Shown here one piece after another: positions 56,085 through 64,000 of a stretch of 64,000 nt of DNA. Source of the DNA: a virus. The stretch lies in the IMG/VR virus record IMGVR_UViG_3300045141_000130, positions 9,358 to 73,357 of that record, one strand, 5' to 3'. A model generated the notes under the pieces. That model saw only the letters and a list, made by a program, of their open reading frames with translations, did no database searches and had not been told where the DNA came from. The position numbers and the translations under genes are program-made. Numbering within the stretch: the stretch's first letter is position 1; the number at the start of each line of letters is the position of its first letter.

Positions 56085-57174
56085 TCCGCGGCCCTTCCGG
56101 GACGCGGAGAAGACGGCGGTGGACGTCCTCCTGGAGGGCGTCACCGTCGCCGAACCCCTGCTGCTGCCCCCCGTCGTCGACGTGTGGGCAGCAGCGGGGG
56201 CGGCGGACCCATGGGCGAGAGCCAGGCCCGATCGTTGGGCCAGTGACCCGTGGGCCGCCGCGAAGGTGGACCCGTGGGCCGCCGCTTCATCCCCGACCAG
56301 GACAGCCGTCCTGGTCGACCCGTTCCGCTGGGTGAAGGCGAGGCTTCACGGCACTCGCCCTCGACCCCAGGTGACGATCGTCCTGACGGCGGAGAGAGGC
56401 CGACCCACACCAGGCGGTGGCGTGCTGTGGCTGCCTGCAAAGGAGTTCTACGACTGCTACGAGTACGAGTGGGACGACTCGGTACTCCCGCCCGGGGGCG
56501 TGCTCGGCCTCTCGGAGGCAGCGGAGAGCGCACACGACACCGGGGAGTGCGGCAACGACGACAGCGACTACTTCCTGTACGGGGTGCCGATCAACGGCGA
56601 GGTGGAGACCCACCAACCCTGCGACTGCGTGGCATGCGAGGAGTTCGGACCCCAGCCGGAACTCCTGGAGCATTCCCGGATCCTGCGGGCCGACCTGGTG
56701 GCCGAGCCGGACGAGTTCGCCAGCAGCCTGAAGTTTGCCGACCTGCACCTCGCCCGGGAATGGGCAGGGTTGAGGCACACCCCAAGCCGGGAGGAGGTGC
56801 TGTACGGCATCCTCACCGATCCTCTGCACGGCGTCGGGGCGGCGGCCCTGGATTGCGTGCTGTGGAACCACCCGGAGGATTACGGCCGGTCCGGTGAGCA
56901 CATGTGGGAGTTGCTGGAGAACGTGGAGCGGAGTGTCTACATCCGCAGGGCCCCGGTGGAGTCGTTCATCCTGCACGAGGACGACCTGCACCATGGGACG
57001 GAACTGGTAAAGCCGAGGTGGGCGAGCACCTACATGTTCCGGCTGTTCGGGGACTATGTGATCGACAAGGTGGAGTACACGTCCGACCCGACGATGACGG
57101 TGCTGTGCGGCTGGCGGTCGTTGTGGTTGCGTCCGGGCGACGACACCGATCTGCCCGACTTTGCAAAAGGCTGA
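56074..57174 (+). CDS. Hypothetical protein with DPWAAA repeats and an acidic Cys/His domain
   Basis: 366 aa, last gene of the + arm. Confidence 0.65.
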   Translation: MVSNPRPFRDAEKTAVDVLLEGVTVAEPLLLPPVVDVWAAAGAADPWARARPDRWASDPWAAAKVDPWAAASSPTRTAVLVDPFRWVKARLHGTRPRPQVTIVLTAERGRPTPGGGVLWLPAKEFYDCYEYEWDDSVLPPGGVLGLSEAAESAHDTGECGNDDSDYFLYGVPINGEVETHQPCDCVACEEFGPQPELLEHSRILRADLVAEPDEFASSLKFADLHLAREWAGLRHTPSREEVLYGILTDPLHGVGAAALDCVLWNHPEDYGRSGEHMWELLENVERSVYIRRAPVESFILHEDDLHHGTELVKPRWASTYMFRLFGDYVIDKVEYTSDPTMTVLCGWRSLWLRPGDDTDLPDFAKG

Positions 57175-57180
57175 CCCTTT

Positions 57181-57226
57181 GGGGGCCGCTCCTTCGGGAG
57201 CGGCCCCCAGGATCGGCCCTTTTTTT
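57181..57226 (+). terminator. Terminator at the convergence of the two arms
   Basis: GGGGGCCGCTCC-TTCG-GGAGCGGCCCCC followed by a T7 run. Confidence 0.7.
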
Positions 57227-57253
57227 GTGCCCAAATCCAGGTGATTTGTCCGT

Positions 57254-60200
57254 TTAGTGCTTTATCGGGTTGACGAGCCGCTTCAGCTTCGCCTTCTTCT
57301 GCAGTTCCAGCGCCATCTTGTTGGCATCGGAGGCCACCACCTTGATCTGTGCGCCCGCGAACGACACCGTGCTGTCGTTCTTCTGCACCAGCTGACGCAG
57401 CAGGCCCTCCTCCACCTTCAGCGCGGGCACGATCGCCGCCGCCAGGGACTTGGTCAGGATGCTGGCCAACTGCTGCGCCGTGGCCATGGCGATGGTCTGG
57501 GCGGCCGGAGTGGTGGCGGCGTGGGCTGCGGGTTTTGCGGCAGCGGGATGGGCAGCCGCTGGATGGGCCGCCGGGTGGGCAGCCGGATGAGCGGGCCCTG
57601 CGTTCTTCTTCTTGGCGGCGTCCTCGGCCTCCTTCTTCTTGTTGGCCACCTCGGCGTCGTGCTGGCGCTTCGCCGCCACGGCCGCGTCGTGCTTCTTCTG
57701 GTTCGCCTCCTCGGCGTCGTGGCGCTCCTTGGCCGCCTTGTTGTCCGCGGCCTTGCGTGCCGCCAACTCGGCCATCTCCTTGCGGCGCTTCTCGTCTTCG
57801 AGGTACCGCTGCTTGGCCTCGTTCTCCTTCGCCTTCTTCTTCGCCGCGTCCTCGGCCGCCCGCTTGGCCGCCTTCTCCTTTTCGTCCTTGCGCTGCCGCA
57901 TCTCGTTCCCGGCCTCGGAGAACTGGCCGCCGACGAGGCCGCCCACGGCGTTCGACATCAGGTTGCCCATGAACTTCTCGCCGGTCATGTTCAGCGGCAG
58001 GATCAGTTCGTGGCCCGCCTCGCCGACGGTCGCCACATGCTGGGCCATGGTGATGCCGCCGGTGGCGTGGCCGGGACCGTGACCGGTGGTCCCCCCGGAC
58101 GGGCCTGATGCGTAGTGGGCGGGGTCCTGGTCGTGACTGGTGGCACTACCGGGCTGGCCGTAGTTGACGCCGCCCGCGGCGGGCTGCGGCACCTGGGCGG
58201 CGGCGTTGCCGATCGCCTGGGCGGCGGTGTTGATCCAGTTGATGTAGTCCTGCACGGCCTGCGGTCCGTACTCCGCCAGCTGACCCTTCGCCTGGTCGGC
58301 CATTTGGATGAGGCTGGAGTTCAGGTTGCCGGTCACCGACTGGAAGGAGTTCTTCAGATCCTCCCCGGCCCGTGTGAGGGTCAGGTTGTACTGGGTCTCC
58401 ATCTGCGACATGGCGATGCCGTGGTCGCGGGCCGCCTGCGATTGGGCGGTCGAGAAGTCCTGCTGCATGTCGGACAGGCTGCGGGTCTCGTCGGCCTTGG
58501 CGTTCTTGCGGGCGAGCAGGAAGTCGGCCTGCTGGTCTGACATTGACCGGTGGAAGTCGTCGACGGCGTTCTTCATCTGGGTGGAGAAGTCCACCGCCTG
58601 GTCGGCCAGGGAGGTCTTCAGGTCGTCCTTGGCCCGCTTCGACGTCTTGGCGAAGTCGGCCTCCCCGTCCTTCAGACTGGTCTGCAGGTCGGTCCACTGG
58701 TCCTTCAGGGACTGCTTGAAGTCGGCGCTCTCCCGGGCCGTGGTCTTCCGGAAGTCGGATGCCTCGTTGGCCATCGCCACCGCGTGGTCATGTTCGGACC
58801 GGCCCAGGTTCTTGGACTGGTCCTGCTGGGCCCGGGTGGTCTCCTTGACGAAGTCCGCGTACTGCTCCTTCATCGACAGGGTCAGGTCGGCGGTCGCGTC
58901 CTTGACGCTCTGCTGGTAGTCCTGCCAGGCGCGGGTCTGGGACTTCTGGAAGTCGGCCAGCTGACCGGCGTAGTCCAGGTTGCCGAGGTTCTGGGTCAGC
59001 TTCTGGGTGTCGGCCACCCTCGTCTTGACCTGGGCGTTGATCTGCCCGACCGTGTTCGGGTTGCGCTGCATCGACTTGATCAGAGCGTCCAGTTCCTGGG
59101 CGTTGGCCGGGTTGGCCAGGTCGAGGGTCTGGATGGTCTGGAGGGACACGCCCAGCGCCTTGGCCTTGTCCAGGTTCTTCAGCTGCTTCTCCAGGGCGGC
59201 GTTCTGTCGGGACAGGTTGCGCAGCATCCCACCGGCCCCCACGGTGGCCTGGCGCTGGATGCGCTGCATCGGGTTGTAGATGGCCTGGGCGGTCTTGGCA
59301 GCCTGCCGCTCCATCTGGGTGTTGAAGTCTTCCTGGGCCCGGTTGCGGTTCTTGTAGTAGTCGCGCTCCGACCGTTCCTGGCTGATCTGGAAGTGCTCCA
59401 ACTCCCGGGACTGGCTGGTGTGGAAGTCCTGGGAGGCCCGCAGCTGCTGGGTGTTGAAGTCCTCGACAGAGCGGGAGCGGTCCAGCTGGTACTGCGTCTC
59501 CTCCCGTTGGCGGCTGGTGTTGAAGTCCTCCCGGGACCGCGCCTCCTGCTTGTCGAAGTCGCGGGTCGCCCGGTTCGTCTGCGTGTGGTAGTCGCGCATC
59601 TGCCGGGTCCGCTGGGTGGTGAAGTCCTCCTCCGCCCGGGCCTGGGACTTGTTGGCGTCGCGGATCTCCCGGGTGCGGCTCAACTCGTACTGGTTGGTGT
59701 TGCGCTGCTGGGAGATCCCGAAGTCGCGGTAGGACCGGCCGCGCTGCGTGTAGTACTGCTGATCGCTGCGTTCCTGGCTGGTCTGGAAGTCCCGTTCGGT
59801 GCGTGACCTCTGGCGTCCGTACGACAGGGCCTGGTCGGCCATCTGGTTGTTGTAGGACTGGTCGGCCTGCTTGACGCTGGTCTGGTAGTCCTGGTAGGCG
59901 CGGGTCTGCTGGATGCCGAAGTCCTTGACCGCCTGGATCTTCTGGTGCGCCTGCTGGGTCAGGTCGCCCTCGCCCTGGGCCACCTGGATCACCGCGCCTG
60001 GCACCGCCGCGGCCTGCTCCGTCGAGGCACCCGGTGCGGTCCCGGCGGCGATGGCTGCTTTGCCTGCGGAGATCGAGTCGATCGCGTTCTGCAGGGGCGA
60101 GAAGTTGACCTGCGCGATCTGCTGCAGCTGCCCGGCGGCCTCAGCCGCCGCGTTGGACACATCCTTCAACGTCCCGGACAGGTCCTTGGACATGCCCAGG

Positions 60201-63200
60201 ATCAGCTGCTGGGCCTGCGCCGCCTGGTTGGGCCCGGCCCCGGCCTGCTTCATGGCGGTGCCGAGGACCGCGGCGACGGCCGCCTGCTGGACGCCCGGCT
60301 GGCCCGTCTGCGTCACCGCGGTTGCGATGCTCCCCATCGGGGCCAGGGTCTGTCCGAGCCGACCACCCATCTTGGACAGCTGTGCCAGGTCCGTCTGCTG
60401 GGGGGACGTGGGCGACGGCAGCGGAGCGTTCTGGGGTGCCGTGACCCCGGCGATCAGCTGTTCCTTCGTCATGTTGTGGTCTTGCAACCACTTCTTGCCG
60501 CTGTCGGAGTTCGCAACAGCGTTCGCCCAGGCAACCGTCCCCTGCTGGCCGGTGTCGAACAGGGACTGCACCATGCCGCCGGTGGCCTGCGACCCGGGGG
60601 TCCTGTACTTCTCGTTCAGGTTGTAGGAGTACCGCTTGTCATTGGGGGCCAACGGGTTGATGAGTTCCGCCGTGCCCTGCTGGGTGGAGTATCCGGCCAG
60701 CGCCTGCTGCAGTTGGTCACCCTGAAGTCCGAACTCGGTCGCCAGGGAGCCCGCGCCCGTCTGGATCCGGTTTCGCTGCGTCGTGTCCCGCCCGGCAGTG
60801 GCCTTTCCCATCATTCGCAGGGTGTTGATCATCTGCGCTGGTGAGGCCTGGTCGGTGACGCCGACGGTGCCCGCCTCGATGGCGGCCGTACCGCCGGTGA
60901 GCAGGCTCTTGAAGATGTCCGGGTTGCCCCCCTGCCCGGCGGCGGCGGCGCCGAACAGGGAGAAGTCCGGCTTGGAGGCCGCAACCCCACCCTTCTGACC
61001 CATCTCGTTGCCGAACTCGGTGAGGATCCCCTGGGCCAGCTTCTTGCGACTGTCGGCATTGCCGATCCCGGTCTTGTCGACGGCCGCAAGAACGTCGGTG
61101 CTGATCTGCTTGCCCTGCGTCCCGGACATGTCCGGGTTCTGGATGCCCAAGCCCTGCAGGTAGGTCAGGGTGTTCTTCTTGATCGCATCCTCGTTGCCAC
61201 CGGCCGACGCTACGGCCGTCCCCAGGCTGGCGTCGACCATCTTGTAGTCGCCCCTGCGGGCAGCGGTGACGTCCTCCGGTTGCAGCTGCAGGGACGTCTT
61301 CAACGGCACGTTCGCCATCGCGGCCAGCTTGTCGGCGGCTATGGCGGCCGAATCACCCAGCTTGGCCAGGTTGGAGGACGTCTGATCCAGCGCCTGGTCG
61401 TATTTGGCGGCGGGGTTGGCGGCCTGCATCGTGCCCGCGTCCATCGCAACGTCCTGCTGATGCCTCTTCACCGAGGACTGGATGGCACCTACGACCCCCA
61501 TTCCAGCCATTGCGCCCACCCCGATGAGTGGGTTCTCGGCGAGGAGGCCCATCGCACCGCCGATGCCCTTGGACAGCCACGACGCACCGGTGGCCGCGCC
61601 CTGCACGCCCCGCAGCAAGCCCTTCCCGGCGACCCCCATAGGAGTCGTCGGCAGCTTGCGAGCACCGGCACCGGCCAGGTCGGCGACGGTTCCGGTGAGC
61701 GTCTCGGCCATCTCGGGTCCGGCCCGGGCTAGGCCGCCGCGAAGCTGCTTCGCGTTCGACTTGCCCCCGGAGACGTCGACCCCGGCGGCCTTGAGTTCCC
61801 CCGTTCGGTCCAGGCCCTCGGTGTTGCGTTCCCGCATCGGGATCTGGTTTGACTGCAGCACCCAGTTCGCAACCCCGGCAACCTTGTCGCCGAGGCCGCT
61901 GCCCGAGATCGTGGGCATCTTGAACCCGGAAGTTGCGGCCGCGGCACCCGCCGGAGCCGCCTTCGTCGCGGCGGCCGTCGCGGCGGTCGCTGCGGCAGCG
62001 GCTGTTGCCGCATTGGTCGCCGCGGCGGCCGGAGGCTGGCCTCCCTGGCCTTGCTGCCATCCAGCGCCCCAGGCCCCGCCGACGCCGCCGCCGAACAGCT
62101 TGCCCAGGAACCCGCCGAAGCTGCCCCCGCCGCTGGTGCCGCCCATCAGGTTGGGGTTGCGGCGGCCCAGGTCGAATGCGGCAGCGGTGTGCCCGGACAG
62201 CTTGCCGCCCACGAACCGCCTGCCGTACGGGTCGGCCATCAGGGCGTCGGCCTCGTCCATACCGCCTGCGACAGCAGCGGACACGCTCTGCCCGGCGCCG
62301 ATCGCCTGGCGCCAGGCGGCCTTCTTGCCGAAGGCGTACTTGGCAGTCCCTGCGGCGGCGGCCAACCCTGCGTGGGCCAGCCCGAACGCAGCCGGTACGG
62401 CAGCCACGCCGACTGCGGTGGCGGCAATGCCAGGAATCGGGCCGAGCGCCTTCAAGAAGCTGTCGAGCCCACCGACCGCCTTGCCGAACAGGTCGACCAG
62501 GGTTGTCAGCGGCTTGAGCAGGGGGTCGCCGATGATCTGCGCCAGGTCGGTGAACTTGTTGCGCACGCTGGTCAGCGAGTCGGTGAGCCCCGACATGGCC
62601 GCCTTCGATGCGGTGTCCAGTTGGTTGCCACCCTGGTAGGCGCCCTGCCCGACACCCATCAGCTGTTGGATGCCGCCGGTCTGCGCCATCTTCTGGATGG
62701 CGCCCTGCACCCGGATGCCACCCAGGTCCTGGCTGAAGACGTCGGCCCGCGCCCCGCCCTTGGCGATCTGGTTGAAGATCCCGCCGGTGGCCTGCAGTGC
62801 TGACATCTGTCTGAACTGCTGCTGGCTGACACCGAGGAAGCCGGAGTACTTGCTTACGTCGCCGCCGGAGGTCTTCAGCTGCTGGATGGTGGACAGCAGG
62901 GAACTGAAGGCGTTCGCGGCGACCTGACCGTCCGCACCGGCCTTCTGGAACGCTGCCGACAGGGCCAACGTCTGGCTCTCGGCGACGCCCGCCTGGCGGG
63001 CGAAGGGTGCGATGGCGGAGGCGAAGTCGGTGATCGACTGGGCGGAGACACCGGCCGTCTTGGACAGCACCAGGAGTTCGTTGTTGAACTTCTCGATCTT
63101 CGAGGTGTCCAGGTTGCCCATCTGCTTGGCCAGCGTGATGCCGCTGGACGCAAGGGAGGTGGAGTCCTCGCCGGTGGCCGCGCCCATCTTGGTGTAGCTG

Positions 63201-63655
63201 GCGGTCAGCCGGGTGATGTCGGGGGCCTTGACGACCCCCATGTTGCTGATGGCGGTGGCCAGCTGGACGACCTGTTCGCGCCACACGGGGAACTGGTTGA
63301 AGACGCCGGTGAGGCCCGCCTTCAGCTGGTTCATGTTGGTGCCGGTGACGGTGGCGGTCGCCGACAGGGTGCCCAGCTGGGACTCGAAGCGGGCCGCCAC
63401 GCCCACCGCGGCACCGAGTGAGGCGAAGTCCCCCACCGAGAAGTGCATCAGCGTCTTCCCGGCCCGCTTCGCCAGCCCCTCGGCGTGCTGCGCGGCGACG
63501 CCCAGCGCGGAGGCCAGCTGCTGGGCCTGGGCGGTGGCCTGCTGCATCCCCTGGGTGAAGCCGGAGACGTCGGCGTTCAGGTCGACGGTGACGGCGCGGG
63601 AGACCTGGCCGCCCATGCCGGGGTCGGCGAAGGACTGCGAGAAGGGGGAACTCAT
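57254..63655 (-). CDS. Tape measure protein
   Basis: 2133 aa, Ala/Gly-rich. N-terminal VTVDLNADVSGF, TP901-like core, long 11-residue RxxxDF periodic helix. Follows the tail chaperone. Confidence 0.92.
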   Translation of the reverse strand: MSSPFSQSFADPGMGGQVSRAVTVDLNADVSGFTQGMQQATAQAQQLASALGVAAQHAEGLAKRAGKTLMHFSVGDFASLGAAVGVAARFESQLGTLSATATVTGTNMNQLKAGLTGVFNQFPVWREQVVQLATAISNMGVVKAPDITRLTASYTKMGAATGEDSTSLASSGITLAKQMGNLDTSKIEKFNNELLVLSKTAGVSAQSITDFASAIAPFARQAGVAESQTLALSAAFQKAGADGQVAANAFSSLLSTIQQLKTSGGDVSKYSGFLGVSQQQFRQMSALQATGGIFNQIAKGGARADVFSQDLGGIRVQGAIQKMAQTGGIQQLMGVGQGAYQGGNQLDTASKAAMSGLTDSLTSVRNKFTDLAQIIGDPLLKPLTTLVDLFGKAVGGLDSFLKALGPIPGIAATAVGVAAVPAAFGLAHAGLAAAAGTAKYAFGKKAAWRQAIGAGQSVSAAVAGGMDEADALMADPYGRRFVGGKLSGHTAAAFDLGRRNPNLMGGTSGGGSFGGFLGKLFGGGVGGAWGAGWQQGQGGQPPAAAATNAATAAAAATAATAAATKAAPAGAAAATSGFKMPTISGSGLGDKVAGVANWVLQSNQIPMRERNTEGLDRTGELKAAGVDVSGGKSNAKQLRGGLARAGPEMAETLTGTVADLAGAGARKLPTTPMGVAGKGLLRGVQGAATGASWLSKGIGGAMGLLAENPLIGVGAMAGMGVVGAIQSSVKRHQQDVAMDAGTMQAANPAAKYDQALDQTSSNLAKLGDSAAIAADKLAAMANVPLKTSLQLQPEDVTAARRGDYKMVDASLGTAVASAGGNEDAIKKNTLTYLQGLGIQNPDMSGTQGKQISTDVLAAVDKTGIGNADSRKKLAQGILTEFGNEMGQKGGVAASKPDFSLFGAAAAGQGGNPDIFKSLLTGGTAAIEAGTVGVTDQASPAQMINTLRMMGKATAGRDTTQRNRIQTGAGSLATEFGLQGDQLQQALAGYSTQQGTAELINPLAPNDKRYSYNLNEKYRTPGSQATGGMVQSLFDTGQQGTVAWANAVANSDSGKKWLQDHNMTKEQLIAGVTAPQNAPLPSPTSPQQTDLAQLSKMGGRLGQTLAPMGSIATAVTQTGQPGVQQAAVAAVLGTAMKQAGAGPNQAAQAQQLILGMSKDLSGTLKDVSNAAAEAAGQLQQIAQVNFSPLQNAIDSISAGKAAIAAGTAPGASTEQAAAVPGAVIQVAQGEGDLTQQAHQKIQAVKDFGIQQTRAYQDYQTSVKQADQSYNNQMADQALSYGRQRSRTERDFQTSQERSDQQYYTQRGRSYRDFGISQQRNTNQYELSRTREIRDANKSQARAEEDFTTQRTRQMRDYHTQTNRATRDFDKQEARSREDFNTSRQREETQYQLDRSRSVEDFNTQQLRASQDFHTSQSRELEHFQISQERSERDYYKNRNRAQEDFNTQMERQAAKTAQAIYNPMQRIQRQATVGAGGMLRNLSRQNAALEKQLKNLDKAKALGVSLQTIQTLDLANPANAQELDALIKSMQRNPNTVGQINAQVKTRVADTQKLTQNLGNLDYAGQLADFQKSQTRAWQDYQQSVKDATADLTLSMKEQYADFVKETTRAQQDQSKNLGRSEHDHAVAMANEASDFRKTTARESADFKQSLKDQWTDLQTSLKDGEADFAKTSKRAKDDLKTSLADQAVDFSTQMKNAVDDFHRSMSDQQADFLLARKNAKADETRSLSDMQQDFSTAQSQAARDHGIAMSQMETQYNLTLTRAGEDLKNSFQSVTGNLNSSLIQMADQAKGQLAEYGPQAVQDYINWINTAAQAIGNAAAQVPQPAAGGVNYGQPGSATSHDQDPAHYASGPSGGTTGHGPGHATGGITMAQHVATVGEAGHELILPLNMTGEKFMGNLMSNAVGGLVGGQFSEAGNEMRQRKDEKEKAAKRAAEDAAKKKAKENEAKQRYLEDEKRRKEMAELAARKAADNKAAKERHDAEEANQKKHDAAVAAKRQHDAEVANKKKEAEDAAKKKNAGPAHPAAHPAAHPAAAHPAAAKPAAHAATTPAAQTIAMATAQQLASILTKSLAAAIVPALKVEEGLLRQLVQKNDSTVSFAGAQIKVVASDANKMALELQKKAKLKRLVNPIKH

Positions 63656-63999
63656 GACTTCTCCGTCAACCTGCGTTGCGCTGCATGGCGTCTCAGCGTC
63701 TCCGCCGAGTTGTCGTTACGTGCCAACTCGATGGTGATGCCGTCCATGTTGCGGCCCGGGTCGGAGGAACGGGCCGCGGCCTTCATGTAGCAGCCGGGGC
63801 AGTACTTCTCCACCGGCTCGTACGCCCGGCGGTTGCCGCCCGCCTTGGGGTCCCACTCCCAGTCGGCGGTACCGCACATGATGCAGCGCGCCGCCTTCTC
63901 AGCCATGAAGGCGACGAGCTTTGCCTTGTCGACCGGGTCCCATTTCAGGAACTCGGAGTGGGGAATGCCGTGTTCGTTGCAGAACTGAAGCTCCAGGAA
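63652..63999 (-). CDS. Tail assembly chaperone, C-terminal part (5' end outside the window)
   Basis: Frame open to the window edge: FLELQFCNEHGIPHSEFLKW..CIMCG..YEPVEKYCPGC. Immediately upstream of the tape measure. Confidence 0.7.
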   Translation of the reverse strand, partial: FLELQFCNEHGIPHSEFLKWDPVDKAKLVAFMAEKAARCIMCGTADWEWDPKAGGNRRAYEPVEKYCPGCYMKAAARSSDPGRNMDGITIELARNDNSAETLRRHAAQRRLTEKS

Positions 64000-64000
64000 G

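Overview
This is most of the genome of a high-GC tailed actinobacteriophage (siphovirus-like). No host genes, integrase, DNA polymerase or major capsid gene are visible in the window. The minus strand carries two blocks. The first (41.0-0 kb) runs WhiB, a TerS-like HTH protein, replication genes (Cas4-like exonuclease, SSB-like, Prim-Pol/helicase, RuvC-like), collagen-type fibres, an M15 endolysin, tail-tip genes, terminase, portal, large head-region proteins and an XkdF-type protease. The second (57-64 kb) holds the tail chaperone and tape measure. A plus-strand early/accessory arm (41.0-57.2 kb) contains the main discovery: a stand-alone 227-aa RAMP/Cas7-like gene (51957-52640) together with eight non-coding arrays of about 360 five-nt GGY-NN units. 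Each array ends in GGTAT-GG (or a close variant) plus a hairpin. Read alone as codon positions 1+2 (wobble skipped), the variable NN dinucleotides spell recognisable conserved protein motifs: VYDPACGSGGFLVQ (N6-MTase/HsdM motif I), SFKVGRRVVYRR (excisionase-type HTH), VVIVSGDGIFAD (NYN nuclease) and IHPEGRVYRWI (Prim-Pol). One array matches the start region of its own upstream gene. This points to a phage RNA-guided system with a gapped targeting code, aimed at competing elements and probably host defence genes. All decoding and family assignments were done by eye, without database searches.
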